Shown here: piece after piece, positions 18,811 through 27,387 of the stretch | How positions within the stretch are numbered: position 1 is the stretch's first letter | Layout of the letters: each line of letters opens with the position of its first letter | Origin: an uncultured Solirubrobacterales bacterium | GTDB lineage: Bacteria; Actinomycetota; Thermoleophilia; Solirubrobacterales; 70-9 | Direction: 5' to 3' | Length of the DNA: 64,000 nt | Assembly (NCBI GenBank): GCA_963724665.1 | Contig: CAVRVH010000008.1 | Coordinates: 145,648 to 209,647 of the forward strand | Position numbers and translations under genes: made by a program | Notes under the pieces: generated by a model | Told to the model about the DNA's origin: nothing | Databases searched by the model: none | The model's input: only the letters and a program-made list of their open reading frames with translations

Positions 18811-19017
18811 ATGAAGATCAAGGTCCATATAGACAAGGGCGAGTGCCTCGCCTACGGCGACTGCGCCGAGCTGGCACCCGAGGCGTTCGAGGTCGACGAC
18901 GTGGCGAGGCTGGTCGGGCCGGCCCCGCTATCGAAGCTGGTTGATGCTGCACGGGCCTGCCCCTCACAGGCGATCACGCTGACCGACGCCGAGACCGGCG
19001 AGCCCATCTACCCCTGA
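18811..19017 (+). CDS. Small ferredoxin
   Basis: 68 aa with the Cys pattern CLAYGDC...CP, typical of single-cluster actinobacterial ferredoxins. Confidence 0.8.
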   Translation: MKIKVHIDKGECLAYGDCAELAPEAFEVDDVARLVGPAPLSKLVDAARACPSQAITLTDAETGEPIYP

Positions 19018-20450
19018 CGGGGGCGGAGGCCGGGGATCCGGAAGCGGATCGTCGCGCCCTGACCGGGCGTCGAGCTGGCCGCGATGGTCCCCCCATGCGC
19101 CTCGACGATCGCCCGCGCGATGGCGAGGCCGAGGCCACTGCCGCCCTCAGCCCGGCTGCGCCCCTCGTCGGTGCGGTGAAAGCGGTCGAAGATCCTGCCG
19201 ATCTGATCGGCCTCGATCCCGGTTCCGTCGTCTGAGACGGCGAACACCGCCGAGCCGTTCTCCGAGGCGATCGAAACGTCGATGTGGCCGTCTGCCGCAG
19301 TGTGTCGCACGGCGTTGGTGACCAGGTTGCGGAGCACCTGGGCGAGGCGGTCCGGGTCGGCCTCGAGATCGCCATGGATTTCCGACTCCACGCTGTAGTG
19401 GCGCGGCCCGAGCAGCGGCAGATCGCGCCGCAGGTCCTCGACGAAGTCGTCGATCGGCACCCGGCGGAACTGCACAAGGCCGCCTCGCTCGGCCTTCGCC
19501 AGGGTGAGCATGTCGTCCGTCAGCCGCTCCATGCGCCGGACCTCCTTCATCAGCTCGCCGGCCTCGGCTTCGGTGGCCTTGCGATCGCCGGTGTGGTCCA
19601 CGAGCTGCTCGATTCGCCCGCGGAGAACGGTCAGGGGGCTGCGCAGCTCGTGTGACGCGTCCGAGACGAAGTCCCGCTGCAGGCGGAAGCCCTCCTCGAG
19701 GCGATCCAGCATGTGATTGAAGGCCTCGGCCAGGACACCAACCTCGTCGTTGCCGCCGTAGTCGATTCGATGGGTGAGGTCGCCGGAGTCGACCGCCGAC
19801 GCGACCGCGGCCATCCGACGCAGGGGCCGCGAGATCAGGTTCGCGAGCCAGATCGCAATCACCACCGAGAGGATCAGCGCGCCGAGTCCCACGGCGATGA
19901 AGCGGTTTCGCAGTGACTCCAGGGCCTGGTCCACCGAGGTGAGAGGGTCGGCGACGCGGAACGTGCCGATTCGCTTCCCGTCGACGACGACCGGCTGAGT
20001 CAGGACGCGGAGCTTTCCGGTCTCGTCGGTCGAGATCGTCGTGAGCCCATCGCCGGTGGAGACGATGCCGCCCGCATCGGCCTCGCCGCTCTCGCCCCCG
20101 GAGCGGTTCTCGGCCAGCTCCTCGTCGACGATCCTCGCCTGGTTCGTGACGGGAGGGAGACCCTGGGGCGCGATCAGGTAGATGCGCGCCTCGGGGTGGT
20201 ATCGCTGGCCGGCGAGGAAGCGCCCGCTCGCGGTCCGCAGCGCGGCAGGGTCGGTGGCCCGGCCGGTGCTCAGGACGCGCTGCTGGAACTCCGCGTACTG
20301 CTCCGTCAGCTCCCGATCGATGCGGCTACGGAGATTTGCTGCGGTCGTCTGGTGCAGGGCGAAGAAGCTGGCCGCCACCGTGGCCACGCTGACGGCGGAG
20401 ATCGCGAGCACCAGCCGCAGCCGGATCCCGCGTGGCACCCACCTACGCAT
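19008..20450 (-). CDS. Sensor histidine kinase (TM-HAMP-HisKA-HATPase)
   Basis: Two TM segments, a HAMP domain, the H-box SHELRSPLT, the N-box NLVTNAVRH and the G-box GGSGLGLAIARAIVEAHGG. Confidence 0.9.
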   Translation of the reverse strand: MRRWVPRGIRLRLVLAISAVSVATVAASFFALHQTTAANLRSRIDRELTEQYAEFQQRVLSTGRATDPAALRTASGRFLAGQRYHPEARIYLIAPQGLPPVTNQARIVDEELAENRSGGESGEADAGGIVSTGDGLTTISTDETGKLRVLTQPVVVDGKRIGTFRVADPLTSVDQALESLRNRFIAVGLGALILSVVIAIWLANLISRPLRRMAAVASAVDSGDLTHRIDYGGNDEVGVLAEAFNHMLDRLEEGFRLQRDFVSDASHELRSPLTVLRGRIEQLVDHTGDRKATEAEAGELMKEVRRMERLTDDMLTLAKAERGGLVQFRRVPIDDFVEDLRRDLPLLGPRHYSVESEIHGDLEADPDRLAQVLRNLVTNAVRHTAADGHIDVSIASENGSAVFAVSDDGTGIEADQIGRIFDRFHRTDEGRSRAEGGSGLGLAIARAIVEAHGGTIAASSTPGQGATIRFRIPGLRPRQG

Positions 20451-21120
20451 CGGCGCTCACCAGCCGGTAGCCGGCCGAGCGAACGGTCTGGATCGGTGGG
20501 TCCCCATCGCCCTCTGCCAGCTTCCGTCGGAGGTAACCGATGTAGACGTCGAGGACGTTGGTCCCGGGGTCGTAGTCGTAGCCCCAGACAGCGTTCAGGA
20601 TCTGCGCGCGCGAGAGCACCTGGTCGGGGTGACGCATCAGATAGGCCAGCAGCTCGAACTCGCGTGCCGTCAGCTTCACCGCATGGCCGTCCCGATCGAC
20701 CGCGCGGGTGCGGAAGTCGAGGCTGATTCCGCCGACCTCGAGCGAGGTCGCGTTGACCTGCCCGGGCTGGCGGAGGTGGGCCCGGATCCGGGCAAGCAGT
20801 TCGGCGAACGCGAACGGTTTCGTCAGGTAGTCGCTCGCACCGAGGTTGAGCCCGGCCACGACATCGTCGGTCTCGGCCAGGGCGGTCAGCATGATCACCG
20901 GGAGCGCCTCGTCCTGCTCGCGGATCGACTTGATCACCTCCAGGCCGCTCTGCTTGGGGAGGAGGACGTCCAGGATGACGAGGGCGAAGTCGCCCGTGCG
21001 CGCCAGCGCCAGCCCCTCCTCGCCGTCGTATGCGCATGCGACCGAGTAGCCCTCGGCCTCGAGCCCGCGCTGGACGAACTCGGCGATTGGGCGCTCGTCC
21101 TCGACCACCAGGATGCGCAT
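20443..21120 (-). CDS. OmpR/PhoB-family response regulator
   Basis: Receiver domain (MRILVVEDE...ILDVLLP) plus a winged-helix domain (LTAREFELLAYLMRHPDQVLSRAQIL...RSAGYRL). It overlaps the kinase start. Confidence 0.92.
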   Translation of the reverse strand: MRILVVEDERPIAEFVQRGLEAEGYSVACAYDGEEGLALARTGDFALVILDVLLPKQSGLEVIKSIREQDEALPVIMLTALAETDDVVAGLNLGASDYLTKPFAFAELLARIRAHLRQPGQVNATSLEVGGISLDFRTRAVDRDGHAVKLTAREFELLAYLMRHPDQVLSRAQILNAVWGYDYDPGTNVLDVYIGYLRRKLAEGDGDPPIQTVRSAGYRLVSADA

Positions 21121-21222
21121 GCGGCCATGCTAGGCGGGCGCCGCAAGGCGGCCGGATTCCTCTAAGGGGATTCTCATCTGTGGCTTACGGGGGGTTCATG
21201 GCCGCGGCCGACTATCACCTGC

Positions 21223-22212
21223 GTGATCTCGCGCCCGGACCAGCCATACGTGGAGAACGACCGCCGCTTCAAGCTCTTCGGTTCGCACGTGCGTGTCCTG
21301 ATCGGGGCGCCGGTGCGCCCGGGTCTCCCGTCTCCGGAGGCGATGGGCATTCAGATCGAGTTCTTCCTTCGGCTTCTGCACCGCAAGCTCACCCGCTTCG
21401 ACCAGGGCAGCGAGCTCTGCGCCCTCAACGCAGAGCCGGGCGAGTCCTGTTCCGTCAGCCCGACCCTGGCTGTCGCCGTCGACGCCGCCCTCTGGGCGGC
21501 CCGGCGCTCGGACGGGCTCGTCGACCCGACCCTCGTCGGAGAGCTCGAGGACGCTGGTTACGCGACCACGCGGGCGGACCTTCCGCCGGCCGGCATCACG
21601 GAGGCGCTTGCCGTTGCTCCCGATCGGGCGGCCGCGACACCGCGCACCGAAGCGCGCTGGCGAGCGGTGTCGGTGGACGCTGTCGCCGGGATCGTCACCC
21701 GCCCCCCAGGCGTCCGGATCGACACGGGCGGCAGCGGCAAGGGCCTTGCCGCCGACCTGGCTGCCGATCGCCTCAGTGGCTACTCGGCGTTCGTCGTCGA
21801 TGCCGGCGGAGACCTCAGGCTCGGCGGAGAGAGTCCGCTCGAGCGTGTGGTCCGTATTGACCACCCGTTGGCGGACGAGTTCGCTCATGAGTTCATGCTC
21901 GACCGGGGCGCCGTGGCCACCAGCGGCATCAAGACCCGCCTCTGGCGGACCGACGCCGGCTTCGCCCACCACCTTCTGAATCCCTCGACCGGGGAGCCCG
22001 CCTGGACCGGTGTGATCCAGGCGAGCTCCCTCGGCAACACGGCCCTGGAGGCCGAGACGCTGGCGAAGATGGCGTTCCTGTCGGGGCCTGAGGGTGCGCG
22101 GGAGATCCTCGCCACCCATGGCGGGGTGGTCATCCTGGACGACGGCAGCGTCGAGCTCTGCGGAGACCTGGCCGAGCGCTCCGCCGTTCCGACCCAGGCG
22201 GTGGCGGTGTGA
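21223..22212 (+). CDS. ApbE-family FAD:protein FMN transferase (no signal peptide apparent)
   Basis: ApbE motifs are DTGGSGKGLAAD, GAVATSG and HHLLNPSTGEP. The conserved core starts ~14 aa after the GTG. An in-frame stop at 21163-21165 limits any N-terminal extension. Confidence 0.85.
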   Translation: MISRPDQPYVENDRRFKLFGSHVRVLIGAPVRPGLPSPEAMGIQIEFFLRLLHRKLTRFDQGSELCALNAEPGESCSVSPTLAVAVDAALWAARRSDGLVDPTLVGELEDAGYATTRADLPPAGITEALAVAPDRAAATPRTEARWRAVSVDAVAGIVTRPPGVRIDTGGSGKGLAADLAADRLSGYSAFVVDAGGDLRLGGESPLERVVRIDHPLADEFAHEFMLDRGAVATSGIKTRLWRTDAGFAHHLLNPSTGEPAWTGVIQASSLGNTALEAETLAKMAFLSGPEGAREILATHGGVVILDDGSVELCGDLAERSAVPTQAVAV

Positions 22213-22853
22213 ACTCCTACACCGATCCCGGGCAGCACATCTTCTGGATCGCCAGCCGCGCCTTCGGCGTGACCGCTCTGATCCTGGTCGCCGTCTCGGT
22301 CGGCATGGGCCTGGCGATGGCGATGCGGTCTGCCAAGGGGCCCGGCGCGATGGCGAAGCTCAAGCAGGCGCACGAGGCCACCGCGCTGACCGCGCTGATT
22401 CTGATCGCCGCGCACGGACTTGCGCTCCTCGGCGACACCTATCTGCGTCCGGGACTCGCGGGCATCGCAATCCCGTTCGTGATGTCCCATCGCCCCCTCT
22501 GGACCGGTCTCGGGGTCGTCGGCGGCTGGCTCGCCGCGATCCTCGGCCTCACTTTCTATGCGCGGCGCTGGATCGGCCCCAAGCTCTGGCGCCAGATGCA
22601 TCGCTGGACGCTCGCTGTCTACGTCCTTGCCGTGATCCACACGCTCGGCGCGGGCACCGATGCGCACTCCTTCTGGCTGATCGTAATCCTGGTCGCCACC
22701 GTCGCCCCGCTCGCCGTGATGGCGGCCGTCCGCCTGATTCCCAGCGACGAGCCCGACGAGCCCCGTCGGCGTCGACGCCGGATCCCGCTGCCGTCCGAAC
22801 AGCTCTCCGGGCGTGCGCCCACAAGCAACTACGACTACGAGGTGGCTCGATGA
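22209..22853 (+). CDS. Ferric-reductase-like (MsrQ/YedZ-type) transmembrane domain protein
   Basis: 214 aa with about 6 TM segments and conserved His in TM helices (AAHGLALLG, VIHTLGAG). There is no flavin or NAD domain. A GTGA overlap links it to ApbE. Confidence 0.75.
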   Translation: MNSYTDPGQHIFWIASRAFGVTALILVAVSVGMGLAMAMRSAKGPGAMAKLKQAHEATALTALILIAAHGLALLGDTYLRPGLAGIAIPFVMSHRPLWTGLGVVGGWLAAILGLTFYARRWIGPKLWRQMHRWTLAVYVLAVIHTLGAGTDAHSFWLIVILVATVAPLAVMAAVRLIPSDEPDEPRRRRRRIPLPSEQLSGRAPTSNYDYEVAR

Positions 22854-23308
22854 CCCGCGATCCGCGCTATCCCGACCGTGCCTCCCGGCGCTATCAGCAG
22901 CGCCCCCGTTCCGCGCGCGAGGTGCGCGCTTCCAAGACCCGGCGCTACTCACGTGGGCCGGTTCAATCCACCAAGGCCGTCACGGTGAAGCTCACCATCC
23001 TGGCCGTGGTCGGGACGCTGCTGATCGGCGGGCTGATGGCGGCCCAGATGGCGGCGGGTAACGACCCGGCCCTCGGGCCGAAGGCCGTCGCCCGGGCCAA
23101 GAAGGCGTCCAGCCAGCCCTCGAGCAACAGCTCGTCGACCTCGTCGAGCACCGGATCGGGCACGGATCCCTACTCCCAGAGCTCCGGCAGCGATGGCTAC
23201 TACTACGGTGACTCCAGCGGCTACTCCGGCTCGAGCGGGTACTCCTCGGGCTCCGGCTCCAGCGGCTATTCGTACTCGCCACCGCCTGTGACCAGCAGCA
23301 CCTCCTAG
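22850..23308 (+). CDS. Single-pass membrane protein with Ser/Gly/Tyr-rich low-complexity ectodomain (hypothetical)
   Basis: An ATGA overlap links it to the upstream gene. It has a basic N-terminus, one TM (LTILAVVGTLLIGGLMAAQMAA) and the tail SSNSSSTSSSTGSGTDPYSQSSGSDGYYYGDSSGYSGSSGYSSGSGSSGYSYSPPP. Confidence 0.55.
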   Translation: MTRDPRYPDRASRRYQQRPRSAREVRASKTRRYSRGPVQSTKAVTVKLTILAVVGTLLIGGLMAAQMAAGNDPALGPKAVARAKKASSQPSSNSSSTSSSTGSGTDPYSQSSGSDGYYYGDSSGYSGSSGYSSGSGSSGYSYSPPPVTSSTS

Positions 23309-23346
23309 AGAACGACACTCCCGGTTGGTGCGCGACAATCGGGAGC

Positions 23347-24420
23347 ATGATCGATGAGCTGGTCAACCAGATAGAGGACCGCTTCGCCGAGTTGGAGCGG
23401 CAGATGTCCGATCCCGCGCTGCACGCGGACCGCGAGCGTGCGGCTGAGGTTGGGCGGGAGTACCGCGAGATCCAGTCCGCGCACGAGCTGGCGCGGGAAT
23501 GGCTCACGCTCAAGGACGATCTCGAGGGCGCGCGCGAGCTTCTCGAGGAGGATGGGGATGACCCGGAGCTGAAGAGGGTTCTTGCCGACGCACCTCCCCG
23601 GCTCGAGGAGCTGGCAGAGGAGATCCGCCTGGCGATGGTGGAGCGCGATCCGAACGACGACAAGAACGTGATCGTCGAGATCCGGGCGGGGACCGGGGGG
23701 GACGAGGCGGCCCTGTTCGCCGGGGATCTCTTCAAGATGCTCACCCGCTACGCCGAGCGCCGCGGCTACACCGTCGAGGTCCTCTCCCAGTCGCCCTCCG
23801 AAGTCGGCGGCTTCAAGGAAGTCACCTTCGCGATCAAGGGCGACGCCGCCTATTCCGTCTTCAAGTACGAGGGCGGCACGCACCGGGTCCAGCGCGTTCC
23901 CAAGACCGAGTCGCAGGGCCGCATCCACACCTCCACCGCGACCGTCGCGGTGCTGCCCGAGGCCGAGGAGGTCGATGTGCAGGTGGATCCCAACGACCTT
24001 CAGATCGACGTCTACCGCTCCTCCGGGCCGGGCGGCCAATCGGTCAACACGACCGATTCCGCCGTGCGGATCACCCACAAGCCGACCGGGCTCGTGGTCG
24101 CGATGCAGGACGAGAAGTCGCAGCACCAGAACCGGGAGAAGGCGATGCGGGTGCTCCGGGCGCGGTTGCTCGAGCGCGAGATCGAGGAGCAGCAGAAGGA
24201 GATCGCCTCGGAGCGGCGCGCCCAGGTCGGGTCGGGCGAGCGCTCGGAGAAGATCCGGACCTACAACTTCCCGCAGGATCGGATCACCGACCACCGCGTC
24301 AAGCTGACCGCGAGCGGGGTGGACCGGGTCCTCGGCGGTGAGCTTGACGAGTTCACGGATGCGCTCGCGTCGGAGGAGAAGCGCCGGCGCCTCGAAGCAC
24401 AGACAGCGGAGACGGCCTGA
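23347..24420 (+). CDS. prfA: Peptide chain release factor 1
   Basis: 357 aa with RVQRVPKTESQGRIHTS and the GGQ motif SSGPGGQSVNTT. Confidence 0.97.
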   Translation: MIDELVNQIEDRFAELERQMSDPALHADRERAAEVGREYREIQSAHELAREWLTLKDDLEGARELLEEDGDDPELKRVLADAPPRLEELAEEIRLAMVERDPNDDKNVIVEIRAGTGGDEAALFAGDLFKMLTRYAERRGYTVEVLSQSPSEVGGFKEVTFAIKGDAAYSVFKYEGGTHRVQRVPKTESQGRIHTSTATVAVLPEAEEVDVQVDPNDLQIDVYRSSGPGGQSVNTTDSAVRITHKPTGLVVAMQDEKSQHQNREKAMRVLRARLLEREIEEQQKEIASERRAQVGSGERSEKIRTYNFPQDRITDHRVKLTASGVDRVLGGELDEFTDALASEEKRRRLEAQTAETA

Positions 24421-25260
24421 GCGCCCAGACCTCGGCAGCCCGGGATGCGCTGGAGGGCGCGGTCGGCGCCCTGACCGCGGCTGGCTGCGAGTCCGCCCGC
24501 CTCGACGCCGAGCTGCTTCTCGCCGAGGCAACTGGCTGGGACCGCGCCCAAATCGCTGCGGAGCCCGAGCTGCGGCTGCCGGTTGGGGCATCCAGGGAGT
24601 TCGCCGAAATGGTCCGGCGCCGGGTGCGGCGCGAGCCCGTCGCCTACATCCTCGGGCGAAAGGGCTTCCGGCGCATCGAGCTGGTCATCGATCAGCGGGT
24701 GCTGATCCCGAGGCCCGAGACCGAGCTGCTGGTCGAGATCGCGCTGGAGGTCGGGGCGAGCTCAGTTATCGACGTCGGAACGGGAAGCGGGGCCATCGCG
24801 CTGGCGGTCGCCGACGAGCTGCCCGAGGCCAAGGTGTTCGCAATCGACATTTCGATGGATGCCCTCCGAGTCGCTCAGGTCAACACCGACCGGCTTGGGC
24901 TTGGCGACCAGGTGGACGTCGTCAATCGGGGGGTGGCCACGCTCGCCTCAACGGGGCCGTGTGACCTGCTGCTCGCGAATCTTCCCTATGTCTCGAAGGG
25001 GGAATGGGAGGGGCTCGCCCCGGAGATCCGCGAGTACGAGCCTCGCGAGGCGCTCGTCGCGGGGGAGACGGGGTTGGAGGCGATCGAGGGACTGCTGGAT
25101 TCGCTCGCGGGGCTCGAGTGGCGGCCGGCCGCCGTCGCTCTCGAGATCGGCGCCGAGCAGGCCGCGGCGGTCACGGAGCTGGTTCGCGGGGCCGGGCTAC
25201 ACGGAGGTTGAGACGAGACAGGACCTGGCCGGGCTGGACCGGGCGATCGTCGGTAGATGA
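24417..25260 (+). CDS. prmC: Release-factor glutamine N5-methyltransferase PrmC, frameshifted near 25194 and lacking a canonical start
   Basis: Motifs are CESARLDAELLLAEATGW, VLIPRPETELLV, VIDVGTGSGAIA and the NPPY-like NLPY. The C-terminal TEVETRQDLAGLDRAIVGR is in the next frame (extra G in the run at 25194-25196). No ATG, GTG or TTG lies between the stop at 24345-24347 and 24609. CTG 24417 overlaps the prfA TGA. Confidence 0.85.
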
Positions 25261-25898
25261 CCGAGGTCGTCTCGATCGAGGGCGACGGGCCCGAGGCCGC
25301 TCGCGTGGCGCTCGAGCGCTGCGTGGGGGAGGGAGGGGTCGCGATCTTTCCCGCCGACACTCTCTATGGCCTCGCCTGCGATCCGCTCAACGCAGAGGCG
25401 ATCGAGCGCATCCACGCCATCAAGGGCCGCGGCGAGGGAAAGCCAGCGGCAGTCATGTACCTGGCGCCGCTTGCGATGCGCGAGCTGGTTTCGGGACTGG
25501 GGCCGAGGACCCGCGATGCCCTTGCCGCGCTGCTGCCCGGCCCGGTGACCCTGGTCATCGCCAATCCCGAGCACCGCTATCCGCTCGCCTGCCGGGAGGA
25601 TTCCGAGCGGCTCGGAGTCCGCCTGATCGAGGGGCCGCTCGCCGGAGCGATGACACCGATCTTCCAGACGAGCGCCAACCGCAGCGGTGAGCCCGCGCCG
25701 ACGCGCTTCGATCTGATCGGTGAACGGATTTTCAGCGAGGTCGATCTAGCCATCGATGCCGGCGAGCTGATTGGCGAGCCCTCCACGGTCGTCGACGTCA
25801 CGGCGATCGAGGAGGGCGGGCCCTGGCGGATCCTGCGGGACGGAGCGCTACCGGCCGCCGATGTGGAGCAGCGCCTCGGCTCCATTGCAGCGGGCTAG
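25257..25898 (+). CDS. tsaC: L-threonylcarbamoyladenylate synthase (Sua5/YwlC/TsaC family)
   Basis: IFPADTLYGLACDP and QTSANRSGEP motifs. An ATGA overlap links it to prmC. Confidence 0.9.
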   Translation: MTEVVSIEGDGPEAARVALERCVGEGGVAIFPADTLYGLACDPLNAEAIERIHAIKGRGEGKPAAVMYLAPLAMRELVSGLGPRTRDALAALLPGPVTLVIANPEHRYPLACREDSERLGVRLIEGPLAGAMTPIFQTSANRSGEPAPTRFDLIGERIFSEVDLAIDAGELIGEPSTVVDVTAIEEGGPWRILRDGALPAADVEQRLGSIAAG

Positions 25899-26302
25899 CG
25901 GGCAGCGTCCTCCGCGGCGCGCTGGGCATCTGCGTGGCTGGGGTAGGCCCAGCCACGCTGGAGCGTCTCTCCGCGCGGCTCTACGACCCAGGCGACGTCA
26001 CTGCTGACGGCCTCGCCGCTGATCCTGTTCTTGGCGGTCATCTCGCCGAGGACGAGGAGACGGTCGCCGATCTCGCGGAAGGTCTCGAGTTCGACGTGCA
26101 TGTCGGTGAACATCTCGTCGACGTCCTCGAACCAGGCGCGCACGCCGTTGGGGCCGTGGTAGCCCGGGTCGCCCTCCTCCCGGGCGGTCAGGAACGGATG
26201 CCATTCGCAGTCGGCGCTCCAAACGGCGACCCAGGCGTCCGGATCCCTGTCGTTGAAGGCGTCGCGCGCCCGCTCCAGCAGCTCCTGATAGACCGAGGCC
26301 AT
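25895..26302 (-). CDS. SnoaL/NTF2-like domain protein
   Basis: 135 aa with AFNDRDPDAW...GPNGVRAWFEDV. It is a paralogue of the adjacent gene. Confidence 0.7.
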   Translation of the reverse strand: MASVYQELLERARDAFNDRDPDAWVAVWSADCEWHPFLTAREEGDPGYHGPNGVRAWFEDVDEMFTDMHVELETFREIGDRLLVLGEMTAKNRISGEAVSSDVAWVVEPRGETLQRGWAYPSHADAQRAAEDAAR

Positions 26303-26304
26303 TG

Positions 26305-26709
26305 TCAGCTCGGCGCTTCTTCTGCCGCGGCCAACGCCTCGTCCAGCGTCTCGAAGAGCTCGATGCGAATTCCCTTGCCGTCGCGGAACGACCAGACCAT
26401 CACGGCCTCCTGGCCGAAATCCAGGCCCGTCGTCTTGCCACGGGCCCGCAGCGTGAACTCGACGACCACACGGTCCCCGACCTGCTGAAAGCTGTGAGCA
26501 TCCCAGCGGATCTGATCCATCACCTCATAGAAGGAGTCGAACCAGCGGCGGACGCCGTCGTGGCCGCGGTAGGTGTCGGGCTCGGAGGCGAGGTTGGGCG
26601 GTGTGGTCGCCTCGAACTCGGGGTGTATGTAGGGAATGATCCCCTCGACCCCCCTGTCGTTGAACGCCTCGATTCCGCGCTCGACGATCTCGAGATTCTC
26701 TCGTGACAC
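26305..26709 (-). CDS. SnoaL/NTF2-like domain protein (tandem paralogue)
   Basis: 134 aa with AFNDRGVEG...GHDGVRRWFDSF. It has the same architecture as 25895-26302. Confidence 0.7.
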   Translation of the reverse strand: MSRENLEIVERGIEAFNDRGVEGIIPYIHPEFEATTPPNLASEPDTYRGHDGVRRWFDSFYEVMDQIRWDAHSFQQVGDRVVVEFTLRARGKTTGLDFGQEAVMVWSFRDGKGIRIELFETLDEALAAAEEAPS

Positions 26710-26733
26710 CGCCTTCAGCCTAGGTCTCGCGGC

Positions 26734-27387
26734 TCAGCCGCGAGTGTGAGATATGGCCGCCAGGGCGCTCTGGATGAACAGCTCGCGCGCCCTCTTCCAT
26801 TCGGCGGTCGGGCCTCGCTCGATCCGCTCGAGCACCAGTCCCTGGTTGCAGGCCTTGATCATCAGGGCCAGCGCCCGCACCTGGCTCGGGGGCGGGCCGT
26901 CCTCGGCGTTCTTCAGCAGCCGCGTGAGCACCCGCTGCCAACCCTCGTTGACCTCGGTGATCGTCCGGCGCACCTCCGGCTCGACCACGGAGACCGCCGC
27001 CAGGTCGAAGTAGAGACGGGCGAGGCGCTCGTCCTGCGCGAGCAGGCGGTCAACGCCGTCCGCCACCCCGCGAACGATCTCCTCGACGGTCCGGGCGCCC
27101 TCCACGGCCGTCAGCGCCTCCTCCGTGATCAGCTCGGCGACCGCCCGGCCGCTCGCCTGGACCAGGCCCTGCTTGGACCCGTAGTGGTAGACGACCAGCG
27201 GCTTCGACTCGCCGGCCGCCGCCGCCACCTTGGCGATCGTCAGGCCGGCGTATCCGTCGGACTTGAGCACCTCGATCGCCGCGTCGAGGATCCGCTCGCG
27301 CGCACCTGTCGAGGGCCGCCCGCGTCGGGGCGGAGCGGTAGATCCGGCGGCGGTGTTCGTGGCCGCCGTTGATGTCGGTTGGGTCAT
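26734..27387 (-). CDS. TetR/AcrR-family transcriptional regulator
   Basis: ATG 27387 overlaps the stop of the upstream gene. The HTH is RERILDAAIEVLKSDGYAGLTIAKVAAAAGESKPLVVYHYGSKQGL. Confidence 0.9.
   Translation of the reverse strand: MTQPTSTAATNTAAGSTAPPRRGRPSTGARERILDAAIEVLKSDGYAGLTIAKVAAAAGESKPLVVYHYGSKQGLVQASGRAVAELITEEALTAVEGARTVEEIVRGVADGVDRLLAQDERLARLYFDLAAVSVVEPEVRRTITEVNEGWQRVLTRLLKNAEDGPPPSQVRALALMIKACNQGLVLERIERGPTAEWKRARELFIQSALAAISHTRG

Noticed and set aside
21154-21173. Direct repeat GGATTC-N8-GGATTC in the two-component-system/ApbE divergent region, considered as an OmpR-family binding site.
   Set aside because: There are only two 6-mers, and the period is 14 bp rather than the ~10-11 bp typical of OmpR/PhoB boxes. 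This could easily arise by chance.
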